From assembly GCF_009914755.1 (NCBI RefSeq), contig NC_060925.1: a stretch of DNA of 64,000 nt. One strand, 5' to 3'. The stretch is from the human T2T-CHM13v2.0 reference genome, Homo sapiens. Every line of letters starts with the position of its first letter. Positions within the stretch are counted from its first letter, which is position 1. A program made the position numbers and the translations under genes. Of this stretch, positions 30,007 through 44,190 are shown piece after piece. The notes beneath the pieces are model-generated. The model saw nothing but the letters and a program-made list of their open reading frames with translations. It searched no databases and was not told the origin of the DNA.

Positions 30007-33000
30007 AAGGGAGGCTGGGTCCCCTTAAGGAAGGACCCCACTACACTAATGACAATTTATGCTGTTAATCTTTCTCCCATCCTTCCCCAAGGAGACCTCT
30101 GGCCTTTTACCAGGGTAACTGTGCATTGGGGAAAGGGAAATTATCAGACATTTCTGAGACTACTGGACACTGGCTCTGAGCTGACGTTGATTCGATGAGA
30201 CCCAAAACGTCATTGTGGTCCTCCAGTTAAAGTAGGGGCTTATGGAGGTCAGGTAATTAATGGAGTTTTAGCTCAGGTCTGACTTACAATGGGTCCAGTG
30301 GGTCCCCAGACTCATCCTATAGTCATTTCTCCAGTGCCAGAATGCATAATTGGCAGAGACATACTTAGCAGATGGCAGAACCCCCACGTTGGCTTCCTGA
30401 CTGATAGAGTGAGGGCTGTCATGGTGGGAATGGCCAAATGAAAGCCATTAGAGCTTCCTCTACCTAGAAAAAGTAAATCAAAAACAATATTGCATCCCTG
30501 GAGAGAAGGCGGAGATTCGTGCCACCATCGAGGACTTGAAAGACACAGGGGTGATGATTCCCACCACATCCCCATTCAACTCTCCTATTTGGCCTGTGCA
30601 GAAGATAGATGGATCTTGGAGAATGACAGTGGATTATTGCAAGCTTAACCAAGCAGTGACTTCAATTGCAGCTGCTGTACCAAATGTGGTTTCATTGCTT
30701 GAGCAAATTAACATATCTCCTGGTACCTGGTATGCAGCCAACTTGGCAAATGCATTTTTCTCCATTCCTAGAAGCAATTTGCCTTCAGCTAGCAAGGCCA
30801 GCAATATACCTTTACTGTCCTACCTCAGAGGTATATCAACTCTCTGGCTTTGTGTCATAATCTTATTCAGAGAGGTCTTGATCGCTTTTCACTTCCACAA
30901 GATATCCGCACTGGTCCATTACATTGATGACATTATGCTGATAGGATCCAGTGAGCAACAACTAGCAAACACACTGGACTTATTGGTGAGACATTTGCAT
31001 GCCAGAGGACGGGAAATACATCTAACTAAAATTCAGGGAACTTCTACCTCAGTAAAATTTCTAGGGGTCCACTGGTGTGGGGCCTGTCGAGATATTCCTT
31101 CTAAGGTAAAGGATAAGTTGCTGCATTTGGTCCCCGCTATAACCAAGTAAGAAGTATAACGCCTAGTGAGCCTATTTGGATTTTGGAAGGAACACATTCC
31201 TTATTGGGGTGTGTTACTCTGGCCCGTTTATCAAGTGACCCGAAAAGCTGCCAGTTTTAAGTGGGGTCCAAAACAGGAGAAGGCTCTGCAATGGGTCCAG
31301 GCTGCTGTGCAAGCTGCTCTGCCACTTGGGCCATGTGACCCAGCAGATCCAATGGTGCTTGAGGTGTCAGTGGCAGATAGGAATGCTGTTTGGAGCCTCT
31401 GGCAGACCCCCATAAATAAAACACAACAGATGCCTCTAAGATTTTGGAGCAAGGCCCTGCCATCTTCTGCAGATAACCACTCTCTTTTTGAGAGACAGCT
31501 CTTGGCCTGTTATTGGGCTTTGATGAAAACTGAACGTTTGACTATGGGTCATCAAGTCGCCATGTGAGCTGAACTGCCTATCATCAACTGGGTGCTATCT
31601 GACCCATCTAGCCATAAAGTGGGTTGTGCACAGCAGCATTCCATCATCAGATGGAAATGGTACATGTGTGACTAGGCTCGAGCAGGTCCTGAAGGCACAA
31701 GTAAGTCACATGAGGAAGTGGCTCAAATGCCCATGGTCTCCACTCCTGCCACCTGCCTTCTCTCCCCTAACCTGCATTGATGGCCTCATGGGGAGTTCCC
31801 TATGATCAGTTGACAGAGGAAGAGAAGACTAGGGCCTGGTTCACAGATTGTTCTGCACGATATGCAGTCACCACCCAATACAGCACTACAACCCCTTTCT
31901 AGGACATCCTTGAAAAACAGCGTGAAAGGAAAGCTTCCCAGTGGGCAGAACTTTGAGCAGTGCATCTGCTTGTGCACTTTGCATGGAAGGAGAAATGGCC
32001 AGATGTGCAATTATATACTGATTGATGGGCTGTAGCCAATGGTTTGGCTGAATGGTCAGGGACTTGGAAGCAGCATGATTGGAAAATTGGTGACAAATAA
32101 ATTTGGGGAAGAGGTAGGTGGATGGACCTCTCTGAGTGTTCAAAAACTGTGAAGATATTTGAATCCCACGTGACTGCTCACCAACCGGTGACTACAGCAG
32201 AAGAGGATTTTAATAATCAAGTGGCTAGGATGACCCATTCTGTGGACACAACTCAGCCACTTTCCCCAGCCACCCCGTCATCACCCAATGGGCCCATGAA
32301 ATAAGTGGCCACAGTGGCAGGGATGGAAGTTAGACACGGGCTCAGCAACATGGACTTCCACTTACCAAGGCTGACCAGGCTACGGCCACTGCTGAATGCC
32401 CAATTTGCCAGCAGCAGAGACCAACACTAAGCCTTCGATATGGCACCATTCCTAGGGAGATCAGCCAGCTACCTGGTGGCAGGTTGATTATACTGGGCCT
32501 CTTTCATCATGGAAAGGGCTGAGGTTTGTCCTCAGTGGAATAGACACTCCAGATATGGGTTTGCCTATCCTACACACAATGCTTCTGCCAAGACTACCAT
32601 CTATAAACTCATGCAATGCCTTACCCACCATCATGGTATTCCACACAGCATTGCCTCTGACCAAGGCACTCACTTTACAGCTAAAGAAGTGGGGCAGTGG
32701 GCTCACGCTCATGGGATTCATTGGTCTTACCATGTTCCCCATCATCCTGAAGCAGGTGGATTGACAGAACTGTCGAATGGCCTTTTGAAGTCACAATTAC
32801 AATGCCAAATAGGTGACAATACTTTGCAAGGCTGGGGCAAAGTTCTCCAGAAGGCCATGTATCTTCCGAATCAGCATCCAATATATGGTACTATTTCTCC
32901 CATAGCCAGATTCACAGGTCCAGGAATCAAGGGGTGGAAGTGGAAGTGGCACCACTCACCATCACCCCTAGTGATCCACTAGCAAAATTTTTGCTTCCTG

Positions 33001-33512
33001 TTCCTGTGACATTACGTTCTGCTGACCTAAAGATCTTAGTGTCACCAGGAGACACAACAACGATTCCATTTCCATTGAACTGGAAGTTAAGATTGCCACC
33101 TGGACACTTTGTACTCTACCTTTAAGTCAACAGGCTTAGAAGGGAGTTACAGTGTTGGCTGAGATGATTGACCACAACTATCAAGATGAAATCAGTCTAC
33201 TTGATAGTTGGGGTCCACCATGGAGGTAAGGAAGAGTATGCATGGAATATAGGAGATCCATCAGGGCATCTCTTAGCATTACTATGCCCTGTGATTAAGG
33301 TCAACGGGAAACTACAACAGCCCAATCCAGGCAGTACAACAAATGACCCAGACCCTTCAGGAATGAAGATTTGGGTCACTCCACCAGGAACAAAACCACA
33401 ACCTGCTGAGGTGCTTGCTGAAGGCAAAGGGAATACAGAATGGGTAGTAGAAGAAGTTAGTCATCAACACCAGCTACAACCATGTGACCAGCTGCAGAAA
33501 CGAGGACTGTAA
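30007..33512 (+). pseudogene. HERV-L pro-pol-dUTPase remnant
   Basis: SPFNSPIWPVQK..WRMTVDY; YAANLANAFF (first catalytic Asp lost); LVHYIDD; FWSKALP; integrase SDQGTHF...YHVPHHPEA; dUTPase-like PGDTT..PLNWKLRLPPGHF; multiple stops and frameshifts. Confidence 0.9.
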
Positions 33513-33804
33513 TTGTCATGAGTATTTCCATGTTTGTGCATGTATACACTTGTACTAAGAAAATATCTTCATTTTATTTCCTTTTTGCTTTATCATGTGA
33601 CATAAGATTTATTGACTTCATATCAGCATTTAAGTATTGTTAACTTTATGAATAGCATTTGGGTTGGGAATTAGTGTGTTTCCAGTTGTACAAAGGATAG
33701 TTGTATTATGTTAGGTGTAATTATGACCTTATTATTGTCTTTATTTGAATGTTATGTATGATCTCAGGAGATGTGCATGGGTTCAAGATGACAAAAGGTG
33801 GACT

Positions 33805-34377
33805 TGTGATGGTTAATACCGAGGGTCAACTTGACTGGATTGAAGGATGCAAAGTATTGATCCTGGGTGTGTCTGTGAGGGTATTGCCAAAGGAGATTAA
33901 CATTTGAGTCAGTGAGCTGGGGAAGGCAGATCCACCCTTAATTGGGTGGGCACCATCTAATCAGCTGCCAGCAAATATAAAGCAGGCAGCAAAATGTGAA
34001 AAGGCAAGACTGGCCTAGCCTCCCTGCCTACATCTTTCTCCTGTGCTGGATGCTTCCTGCCCTCGAACATCAGACTCCAAGTTCTTCAGCTTTGGGACTG
34101 GTTTCATTGCTCATCCGCTTGCAGATGGCCTATTGTGGGATTGTGGGACCTTGTGATCATGTGAGTTAATACTATTTAATAAATTCCCCTTCATATATAT
34201 ATGTATATACATATACACATACATATGTATATGTATATACACACGTATATATGTACGTGTATACACACATGTGCATATATATGTGTATATACATACATAC
34301 ACACACACGTGTGTGAATATATACATATGTGTGTGTATATATATACATATGCGTGTGTGTGTATGTGTATATATATA

Positions 34378-34447
<70 letters not shown>

Positions 34448-34476
34448 TGTCCCTTTAGAGAACCCTGACCAATGCA
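33805..34476 (+). mobile_element. MLT2A2 3' LTR
   Basis: tgtgatggttaatac ... ccctgaccaatgca, colinear with the 5' LTR. Confidence 0.93.
34192..34445. repeat. Compound (TA)n/(CA)n/(TG)n/(GA)n microsatellite inside the 3' LTR
   Basis: About 250 bp of alternating purine-pyrimidine repeats followed by (GA)n. Confidence 0.97.
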
Positions 34477-35380
34477 GAGGTCTTATCCATCTGCAGCACC
34501 TAGCACAGCACCTGACACATAGTAGATGCTACATTTAATGAACCAGTTAAAAAGCTTTAATAATATAAATTTGCATTGAATCATATATCCAAGTAATAAG
34601 TGGTTGAGCATGGCAGAACAGTATTTTATCAACTCCAAAATTTAAAGAATCTTTAAAACATTTTGTATCCAGCTAACTTGAATTTTAAATTTTAAAAAAC
34701 ACTAAAGTAATCATTTGTAGTAGATAAGTAATTATTCCTTTTGTGTAAAAGAAGGAATAGATAGAGAAAATACTCAACACTTTCTGTTGAAATTATTCTC
34801 ATGAAATGAATCCAAGCGAGGATATTCCTTCCTGCTGCTTCCTTAACAGAAATTTCAATAAAAAGCTCTTACTAACATTCAGGAACCCCTATAATTTCAG
34901 CATCTAGTTATGTTGGTGGTGGCCTAGGTAGCCTGGACAATATTTCAGCTTCTCACTAACTGTCCATCACGCCACCATCAGATGACAGGTGCATGTCTTC
35001 TCAAAGTACTGCCACCCCTTTATACCAGCTCTTTGCCATTTTTGTTAAGCATGCAAACAATTGTTAAATTACTACATTATATTGGCATCATATTCTCAGC
35101 AAGTTATTTGGGGGCCCAAGTGGTATTTTGTGCTACCGTATATATTTCAGCAACATGTGATTTTCCTGTTTTAGTGACTGCATAATATTTTAAAAAGGTA
35201 TCACTGAAGAGATCACTATGATATTATGATAGAAAAGTTTTCTTGGCCAAAGGAGAAAAATCACTGCAAATTGAATTCAATGTGTTTTGAGAACAAAACA
35301 AAAAGTAATTATGACAATAAGGGCATTTTATATTGAAGTTATACTGGAAGTACAGTTTCACAAACTAAAAATCCTATGTC

Positions 35381-35704
35381 GGGCTGGGCATGGTGGCTCA
35401 TGCCTGTAATCCCAGCACTTTGGGAGGCTGAGGCAGGCAGATCACCTGAGGTCAGGAGTTCGAGACCAGCCTGGCCAACAAGGCGAAACCCCGTCTCTAC
35501 TAAAAATACAAAAAAAAAAAAAAAATCAGCTGGGTGTGGTCATGGGCACGTAGTCCCAGCTACTCAGGAAGCTGAGGCAGAAGAATCACTTGAGCTGGGG
35601 AGGAGGAGGTTGCAGTGAGCCGAGATAGTGCCACTGCACTCCAGCCTGGGCGGCAGAGTGAAACTCCGTCTCAAAAATTAAAAATTAAAATAAAATAAAA
35701 ATTT
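35381..35704 (+). mobile_element. AluSx-like SINE
   Basis: Full dimer; perfect TSD aaaatcctatgtc (35368, 35705). Confidence 0.95.
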
Positions 35705-35731
35705 AAAATCCTATGTCAAATGTTAACCCTA

Positions 35732-35914
35732 CAGCCTGGGCAATATGGGAAAATGCTGTCTCTAATAAAAATACAAAAAACTAGTGGGTGTGGTGGCACT
35801 CTCCTGAGGTCCCAGCTATTCGGGAGGCTGAGGTAGACACCTGGGGAAGTACAGACTGCAGTGAGCTGTGATTACACTGCTAAACCCCAGCATGGGTGAC
35901 AGAGTGTGAGCCTA

Positions 35915-35945
<31 letters not shown>
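35732..35945 (+). mobile_element. 5'-truncated AluJ SINE
   Basis: Starts at cagcctgggcaa; long poly(A); TSD aaa(t/a)gttaacccta. Confidence 0.9.
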
Positions 35946-35948
<3 letters not shown>

Positions 35949-37208
35949 AACCCTAAATATGCATGTCCTTCAAATTAATTGTTAAGTGATCTATTAAGTA
36001 ATGTCAAGCTATTAGTTTTATGCTGTTAATGTCCAGGCATGAGGCATCTTGAAAGTTAAATGATGCTTTAGATCATAATTCCATTAATATGTAATAGCAT
36101 TAAAATCATGGACACAAAAATGCAAGAACAGAAGTTATCATGGCCTATGCCCTACTTAACAGAACTACTAATAAATAATATTTATTTCTCTTATTCTATT
36201 ATGTACACTATACAGCGTAGTACATATATGAATATAAAATATACATATTGATTTAACAATAAGTGCACAACTTGAAAATATGCTGGAAATTGATTTAGGT
36301 TGTTCTTTTTTAAAACTTTAGTATAAAATGCTTTTAAAAGACTGAAGAACTTATTGCAACACAAGAACGCTTATTGAAGCATGCATTTTTAACACCAGGG
36401 CAGAGCAGACAGCCTCGATTAGGAAAGCTAGAGGATATTTCATTTGATTGCTCCAAAAGATGAAAAGGCAAGAAAGAAAAAGGATGAAACAATTTCAGAT
36501 GCTTTCAATGCATTTATCAAATCAGAATGAACTGCTTTTGACTGTTGATGTAATAAGTCAGAAGGCATTCACTAAACCAAAACGCAAGAACTTCTTTTCC
36601 ACTGTGACTAATTCAACTTAATGAATTATTTTTAAAAAAACCCTACATATATGAGATACAAGAAGAAAAGGGAAGATGATAGAAAGGCAAGTAACAGCTA
36701 GTACATTTTATGAGAAGACAATAGCCACAATTTTGAACCGATTAAAGTTAGAATTTCTCTCTGACCTTGAATTTGACAAAACTCAATATAAAGGCCAAAC
36801 TTATAAAAGAACTTCAATTATAAGACGTTATCTAAAGAGCACTTAAACTGGTTTTCAAGATGAAATACTAACTGAAGTTTGTATTTATTTCGTAAACAAC
36901 CATGTTAACCTTGCTATTTGCACTGCCAATGACAACTTCCAAAGACTATAGAATCCCTATGCTATAAATCTTTAATAGATAAGCAGCTCATTCCTTATTT
37001 GTCAAAGTGTGGTAGGAAGTTGCACCAGGAAAATAATACAGAAATGAATCAAATGCAATACTGTATATTACAAAAACAAAATATATTATAGTACATGTCA
37101 TATACTTGGTAATAATCCTTTATCCCCTAGAAATAAAATTGATATCACAGTAACCAACACTTATACATCTGAGAATGGTCTTAAGAGCTAATAAAAGATA
37201 ATATAGTA

Positions 37209-37400
37209 TTAATAATCCCTTGCATGTGTTCATTGTTTTTTAGTTCACAAACCTATCTTGCCAGGGTTCTGTCAGTTGAACTTGCCCTGTGAGACAAGTA
37301 GAGCATCTGAGATTTAGAGAGGTGACCTGATTTGCCCAAGGTCATATGACTAAGAAGAGGCAAACTTAGAACTCAAGCACAGTGTAGGTTTTCCTGGACA
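37209..37400 (-). mobile_element. MIR SINE
   Basis: agagaggtgacctgatttgcccaaggtcata. Confidence 0.65.
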
Positions 37401-37751
37401 ACTGAACTATTTCTCTGAAGATATTGCTTCTCTTCAGGGATAGGAGATATTCAAAAAGAGGATATTGCAATGACAACACTCATAAAATTATAATTGATCT
37501 GCTTACAAATAAACAGAAAGCCACAATTCTTTCAGCATTTAATATTTTTTCAAATGATCTTCCACAGATTTAAGGTTTTAATCAAGCAATATTAAATAGA
37601 ATTTCTAATACAGTAGAAGTCTTTTTATCAAATGCCATCAGGGCCACTATTAGGTTGTTAATGGAAGAGGTCAAAGTATATAACCCTTAAAATATAATAA
37701 ATACTGTATTTTATTTTGCTTGAAAACATTAACGTACATTTATTCACTAAT

Positions 37752-38056
37752 TTTTTTTCTTTTTAAGACAGAGTCTCACTCTGTCACCCAGGCTGGAGTG
37801 CAGTGGGGCGATCTCAGCTCACTGCGGCCTCTGCCTTCCTGCCTCCTGGGTTTAAGTGATTCTTCTGCCTCAGCTTCCTGAGTAGCTGCGATTACTAGCG
37901 TGTGCAACCAAACCCGGATAATTTTTGTATTTTTGGCAGAGATGGGGTTTCACTATGTTGGCCAAGCTGGCCTCGAGCTCCTGGCCTCAAGCAATCCACC
38001 TGATTGCTCAGCCTCCCAAAGTGCTAAGTTACAGGTGTGAGCCACCACACCCAGCC
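37752..38056 (-). mobile_element. Alu SINE (old S/J)
   Basis: Full dimer; TSD tattcactaat (37741, 38057). Confidence 0.94.
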
Positions 38057-38233
38057 TATTCACTAATATTTTTAATGTAGAGACAAATACTTGTGTTTGA
38101 GAATGCACCCAGTAACTCTTATCTTAAATGTCTGTCTTATAACAACCTACCCATAATTAATCATATACATTTTCCAGTTTCAATTTACTCAATTTGAAAC
38201 TAGAACTTAATTAACTGAGGAGAAGCTGCCCAA

Positions 38234-38838
38234 TCTCAAAGTATCTCCCCTAAGAAAACATATTAACAAAAAAGATAAAGATAAATTTTACAGTAAAGAA
38301 ACCCAGCAGATACCAAGTAATAACATCACCAGTAATAAGATATATCAATACCATAAGCCCCTTGATATGATACACTACAAATGGCAGAATATCACTTCTG
38401 CAGTATTCTTGCCCAAAGTGCATAGCCTCATTTCAATTATGAGAAAACATTACACAAGCCGAAATTGAGGGACATTCTGTAAGATTACTGATCAATTCTT
38501 TTTAAAGTATCAAGATCACGAAAAACAAAAATTGAGCAACAATGACAAAATAAAGAAGATAAAGAAGAAATAGCCACTAAATAATGCATTCGGGGATCCT
38601 GGATTGGACCCCGAAACAGAAAAAAGAAATTAGCGGAAAACCTCATGACATTTGAATAAGGTTTGTTATTTAGCAGTATTGCAGCCATGTTAATTTTCTG
38701 GTTTTGTTAATTGTACTGTGGTTACATGAGATTAACACATTGGAGGAAGCTGGCTAAGGGACATACAAGAACTCTGTATGCTATTTTTTAATAAATTTTC
38801 TTTAAGTATAAAATTAGTTCAAAATAAAAAGGTAAAAC
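38234..38838 (+). mobile_element. L1MC4/5-like 3' end
   Basis: aaattgagggacattct, atcctggattggaccc.gaaacagaaaaaaga.attag, aattgtactgtggtta, gaactctgtat. Confidence 0.75.
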
Positions 38839-38944
38839 AACTAACAAACAAAAACTCTTGCAAAGCAATCAGATTTTAAACCAGTAATATCACCAAAATC
38901 CCAATAGGAAAAAAAGCTTATTTCCAGCAGGAATAAGCAAGTCA

Positions 38945-39560
38945 TAAAAGAAGAAAACAAATGGCCAATAGCAAACACATAGAAAGAAGGTTCCAACTCA
39001 GTAATTAACCAAAGAAATGCAAATATAAACGATGAGATATTTGCATTTGCATTCCTTCAATGAAGTATTTGCATTTCCTCATTTTGTTTTACGAATACTA
39101 TTCAGTGAGTGTAGATATAGGGAGAAAGGCATGCAAAACCACTCAGGTGGGAGTGTAAATTGATATAAACTTATTTGGGGGAAATTTTTAAAATTTAAAT
39201 GTGTATATCCTTGGGAATAGCATTTCCCCTTCTAAGAATTCATTTTGAAAACATAAATCAGTCAAGAATAAAATGGACGTTCATTACAATGGTATTCATA
39301 ATCATGAAAATTCTTAAACAACCTAAATATTTATCAGTAGGAAAAGGTTAATTATGATATACCCACATAATGAAATATTATACAATAATTTTAAAATAGT
39401 GTATAGATTAATATTCATTGACATAAATAGATATATATGATTATTATGTATAATATAGTTACAAAAGAACATTTATAATAAATAACAATTATAGTACAAA
39501 TTATAGTATAAAATATAGTACCTATAAATACATAGAAAAATGTGGAAAAATATGTGTATG
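38945..39560 (+). mobile_element. L1ME-like 3' ORF2/UTR fragment
   Basis: caaatggccaata, aagaaatgcaaat, ggtgggagtgtaaattg, aaacaacctaaat. Confidence 0.65.
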
Positions 39561-40025
39561 TATGTGTGTATATTTTTTCCTGATTTATTTTTATTTTCTT
39601 TTTTCCAATTTGTCTGTTTCTAATTTTCTACAATTAATATGTATTACTTCTGCAACACGACTTTTTAAATTAATGCCCCACCCAAATTTTATTCACTTCT
39701 CAGGGACCTCAGATTGTGCGAAGGTCACTATCTCCATTTGACCAAAAATTGAAAAACCATCTATGGCATATTACTGCACTTTCAGGAATTGTCACTAGGT
39801 GGTACACTGTTTCTCTAGCAGATGTTCACGACCTTTTAATTTAAGTTAGCCATATGTACGTACTGCTGTGACTCTACAGACAATAACTTAGTTCAATAGT
39901 TTTTTTCATGTAAAAATTATTTCACCTTCCCCCACATCACTAACAACATAGCCAATTGCTCCATTGCCTAACTATAGGCACTCAAGAAATGTTTGTTGGG
40001 CAAATAAGGCATAATTAAAAATAGA

Positions 40026-40362
<337 letters not shown>

Positions 40363-41074
40363 TCAATTATTTTGTGAACTTTCTAAATGAAGTTAAATAG
40401 GTTTTATGGTTGCCTTTTTTATACAATGCTCTGCATTGTGAATCTACAAAAAAAAATGGAATCAACATTTATTGAGCATACTTGAATCCCTTTTCTTACA
40501 AAGCATCTTTGAAGGAATGACATTCCAAGGAATATGATTTGGAAAATCTTGTCCTCAATGCTTTTCCATCTTGTTTAATGTAATCACCTTAGTGTCAACC
40601 CATCTGAAGTTCCAGTCTTCTTTACTCTTCATTATGGACTTCATCTTTGCTGCATTCATATTCCCCAGGACTATCAAGTCCCATGTTGGCACTAGCTATT
40701 ATGTTGCTAGCCAGGTGCTGAAGTCTGTCAAATGCAGACTCTCTGCACTTAAAGCACTTCTCTCTGAGTAGAGCCAGTTTCACCACAGGTGTTGATTAAA
40801 TAGATCCTGTTCCTATTCACACCTGATTCCAGTCTGAACTAAACTCAGTTCAAAGCCAAGAACATGCCTACTCTCCAGCCTCTAGTTCATATGAGACATT
40901 AAAATCTCATTTCCCTGCAATGCTTGTGAAATAGAGCTGAGTGACTTACTATGCACTCATTAAGTCAAACTTTGAAAATGTCTCCATTATCTAAAGAAAA
41001 TAAAAAGTCAACCAGATACGTAGACATAGTCGTATTACACTGAGAAATGGTCTAAAGAAGCAACAATTGTTATC

Positions 41075-41240
41075 TATTATCCAGGTATCTGTTTGTCTCT
41101 TCCACGTGACTGTGAGCCCCTTGGGAATAAGAACCATGTAGAGTTCACCTCAGCTCCCCCAGTAACTAGCATGGTATCTGGAACATTGCAGACTTTAATA
41201 AATGTTTAAAGAATAAATAAATTACCAAAGGAGTGAATGA
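41075..41240 (+). mobile_element. L2 3' end
   Basis: gactgtgagcccctt, ctagcatggtatctggaaca, aataaatgttt, gagtgaatga. Confidence 0.7.
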
Positions 41241-41305
41241 GTACAGTAATATGTTTATTAGTAAATACTAGAAGGAATTAGTTCTAATAAATTACATTTT
41301 AAAGA

Positions 41306-41455
41306 AGTTCTAATAATATCACATTTAAAAATCCTGTATTAATATATGTTCTAATAATATCATAGTTCTTATAATATCTAGTTCTAAAAATAGAATGAGA
41401 TAGTTCTATTAGTTCTAATAATATCACATTTTAAAACCCTGTATTAATATATGTT
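41306..41455. repeat. 45-bp direct duplication separated by a 60-bp patchwork spacer
   Basis: 41306-41350 vs 41411-41455 match at 43/45; spacer is built from repeated (ta)gttcta snippets. Confidence 0.9.
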
Positions 41456-41682
41456 AACATCAAAATTGCTTTCTTATTCAATTATTCTTTCAAAAAACAG
41501 TAAAGTACACACTGTATTTCAGACACTGTGCTAAGGATATAAAGATGGATTAGAAATAATTTTGTCTTCAAGAAGTATAGTATAGTGAATAACTTACATG
41601 TATTTAATGTTTCTTCGTGTATTTTCATACTTGATACTCAGAATAATTCAATGATACTGATGTCTTTCCCATCTACATTTAA

Positions 41683-42329
<647 letters not shown>

Positions 42330-42339
42330 TACTTTAAAA

Positions 42340-43045
42340 CATTTTTTAAGTAATATGTAGATACAAAGGAATTCGTATAAAATTGGTGTAGGTATAAAGT
42401 ATAACACGCTCCTGTGTAGATGTCCTCAACTTAAGGACAAGGACCTTTAAGTCCTCTGTGTCCCATTTCATTTCCCCTAAGAAATACTTCCCTGAATTTT
42501 CTCTTTATCCTTCCCTCATTTTTATTTACATTTAACCATGTTTGTTTTGCTAAGCAATATATTATGTGCTTTTGCATATTTTTGTACTTTTTTCAAATGG
42601 AAACATACTGGAAACTTACTCTTTCTGCTCAACATTATAGTTTTGGCTTGTATAGTCTTAATCCACATGGATTTGGTTTTTTATATATAGTGTGAGATAA
42701 GGTTGCAATTTTAGTTTTTAAATTCACACAACCACACAACCAATTGTTCCAGTGCCACTTATTAAAAATGTCATCTTTTCCTAAACAATTTGCAGTGTCA
42801 TCTCAGTCATGAATAAAATTTCCGTTTTTGTATTGGTCTGTTTCTGGGCTCTCTTTTCTCCTTTGTTGGTCAATTTGTACAGTTCTGCACCTTATTCCAG
42901 ACTGTCTGAAGAAATAGAGCTTTATAATAAATTCTTAATTTTTGATAAGCAAGTTATTCTACTCTGTACTGCTTCTTTAGAAATGTCTTATTTACTCTTA
43001 ATCATTTGTACTTGATATAAATTTTAAAATCAGTTTGTCATATCT
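42340..43045 (-). mobile_element. Old L1M(E) fragments
   Basis: T-rich antisense L1 motifs (ttttatatatagtgtgagataagg, ccaattgttccagtgccacttattaa, tattggtctgtttctgggctct, ttttaaaatcagtttgtca). Confidence 0.65.
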
Positions 43046-43091
43046 CCTTTATACATATAATTGAATGGAACATCAAAGTGGCTCATAATGA

Positions 43092-43463
<372 letters not shown>

Positions 43464-43649
43464 TCCAAGACTCCTTCTATGTAGCACTCAGCATTTCAGG
43501 GTTTTAATACTCTTTAATATCCCCACCAAAAGATAAGCTCATACAGCTACTTCGGAGTATTCTGCAACTAATTTATCAGAAGATCCACCAAAATGTAATG
43601 TTCTTTAAGGGATTCCATGGGACTATGCTGAAGTTCTTTAATGGATAAT

Positions 43650-44190
43650 TATTGCAAGGCTGCTAGATGTTTGTTCAACATCCAATTATTCTCCCATTGT
43701 TCCTCAGTGATACAACCTTCATTTTATTGGGGCATGAGGGCAAAGTTGCCCAGCTAATAAATACTAAATTTCCCAGCCACCTTTATAGATAGAGGTATCC
43801 ATGTCTCACTGTTCTGCCCAAGGAGACATAAGCAGCTGTTTGGAGGCAGGAAAAAGGAAAATTCCTCAAAGAGGGAGGGGGCAGACTCAGCTGACAGGCC
43901 CTTTGTGCCCTTTGAGTCCTTTGTGCCCTTTGTTCTTTCTCCTTCGTGCATCCTAAACTGCACACATAATGGCAAGTGTTGCAGCAGCCACTTGCATTTG
44001 ACCACAAGGGGAAGGCCAAGAGAAATTACAAAGATCTGAGGGATATGCTCTCCTTGAGCCTCTGTACCATCCTTGTATACCATTCTTTCAGACTTTTCAT
44101 TTTATTTAAGAAAAATAAACCTCTATTTGACTCAAGACACCGCCATTTGGGTTTTCTATTACAAACAGCCAAATTTAATATCTACTGATA
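43650..44190 (+). mobile_element. MLT1 (J-like) MaLR solo LTR
   Basis: tgcccagctaa..atttcccagcc.cctt, gcagcagcca, aaaataaacctctattt, gggttttct.ttac. Confidence 0.7.

Noticed and set aside
30536-31150. Longest ORF (204 aa) with a YIDD motif as a functional or domesticated reverse transcriptase
   Set aside because: Fragment of HERV-L pol with an out-of-frame middle section, loss of the first catalytic Asp and stops on both sides
34111-34538. Tyr/Ile/His/Cys-rich and ER-repeat ORFs
   Set aside because: Translations of the dinucleotide microsatellite
43900-43935. 9-bp tandem repeat (gccctttgt-like x4)
   Set aside because: Trivial slippage expansion inside an MLT1 LTR
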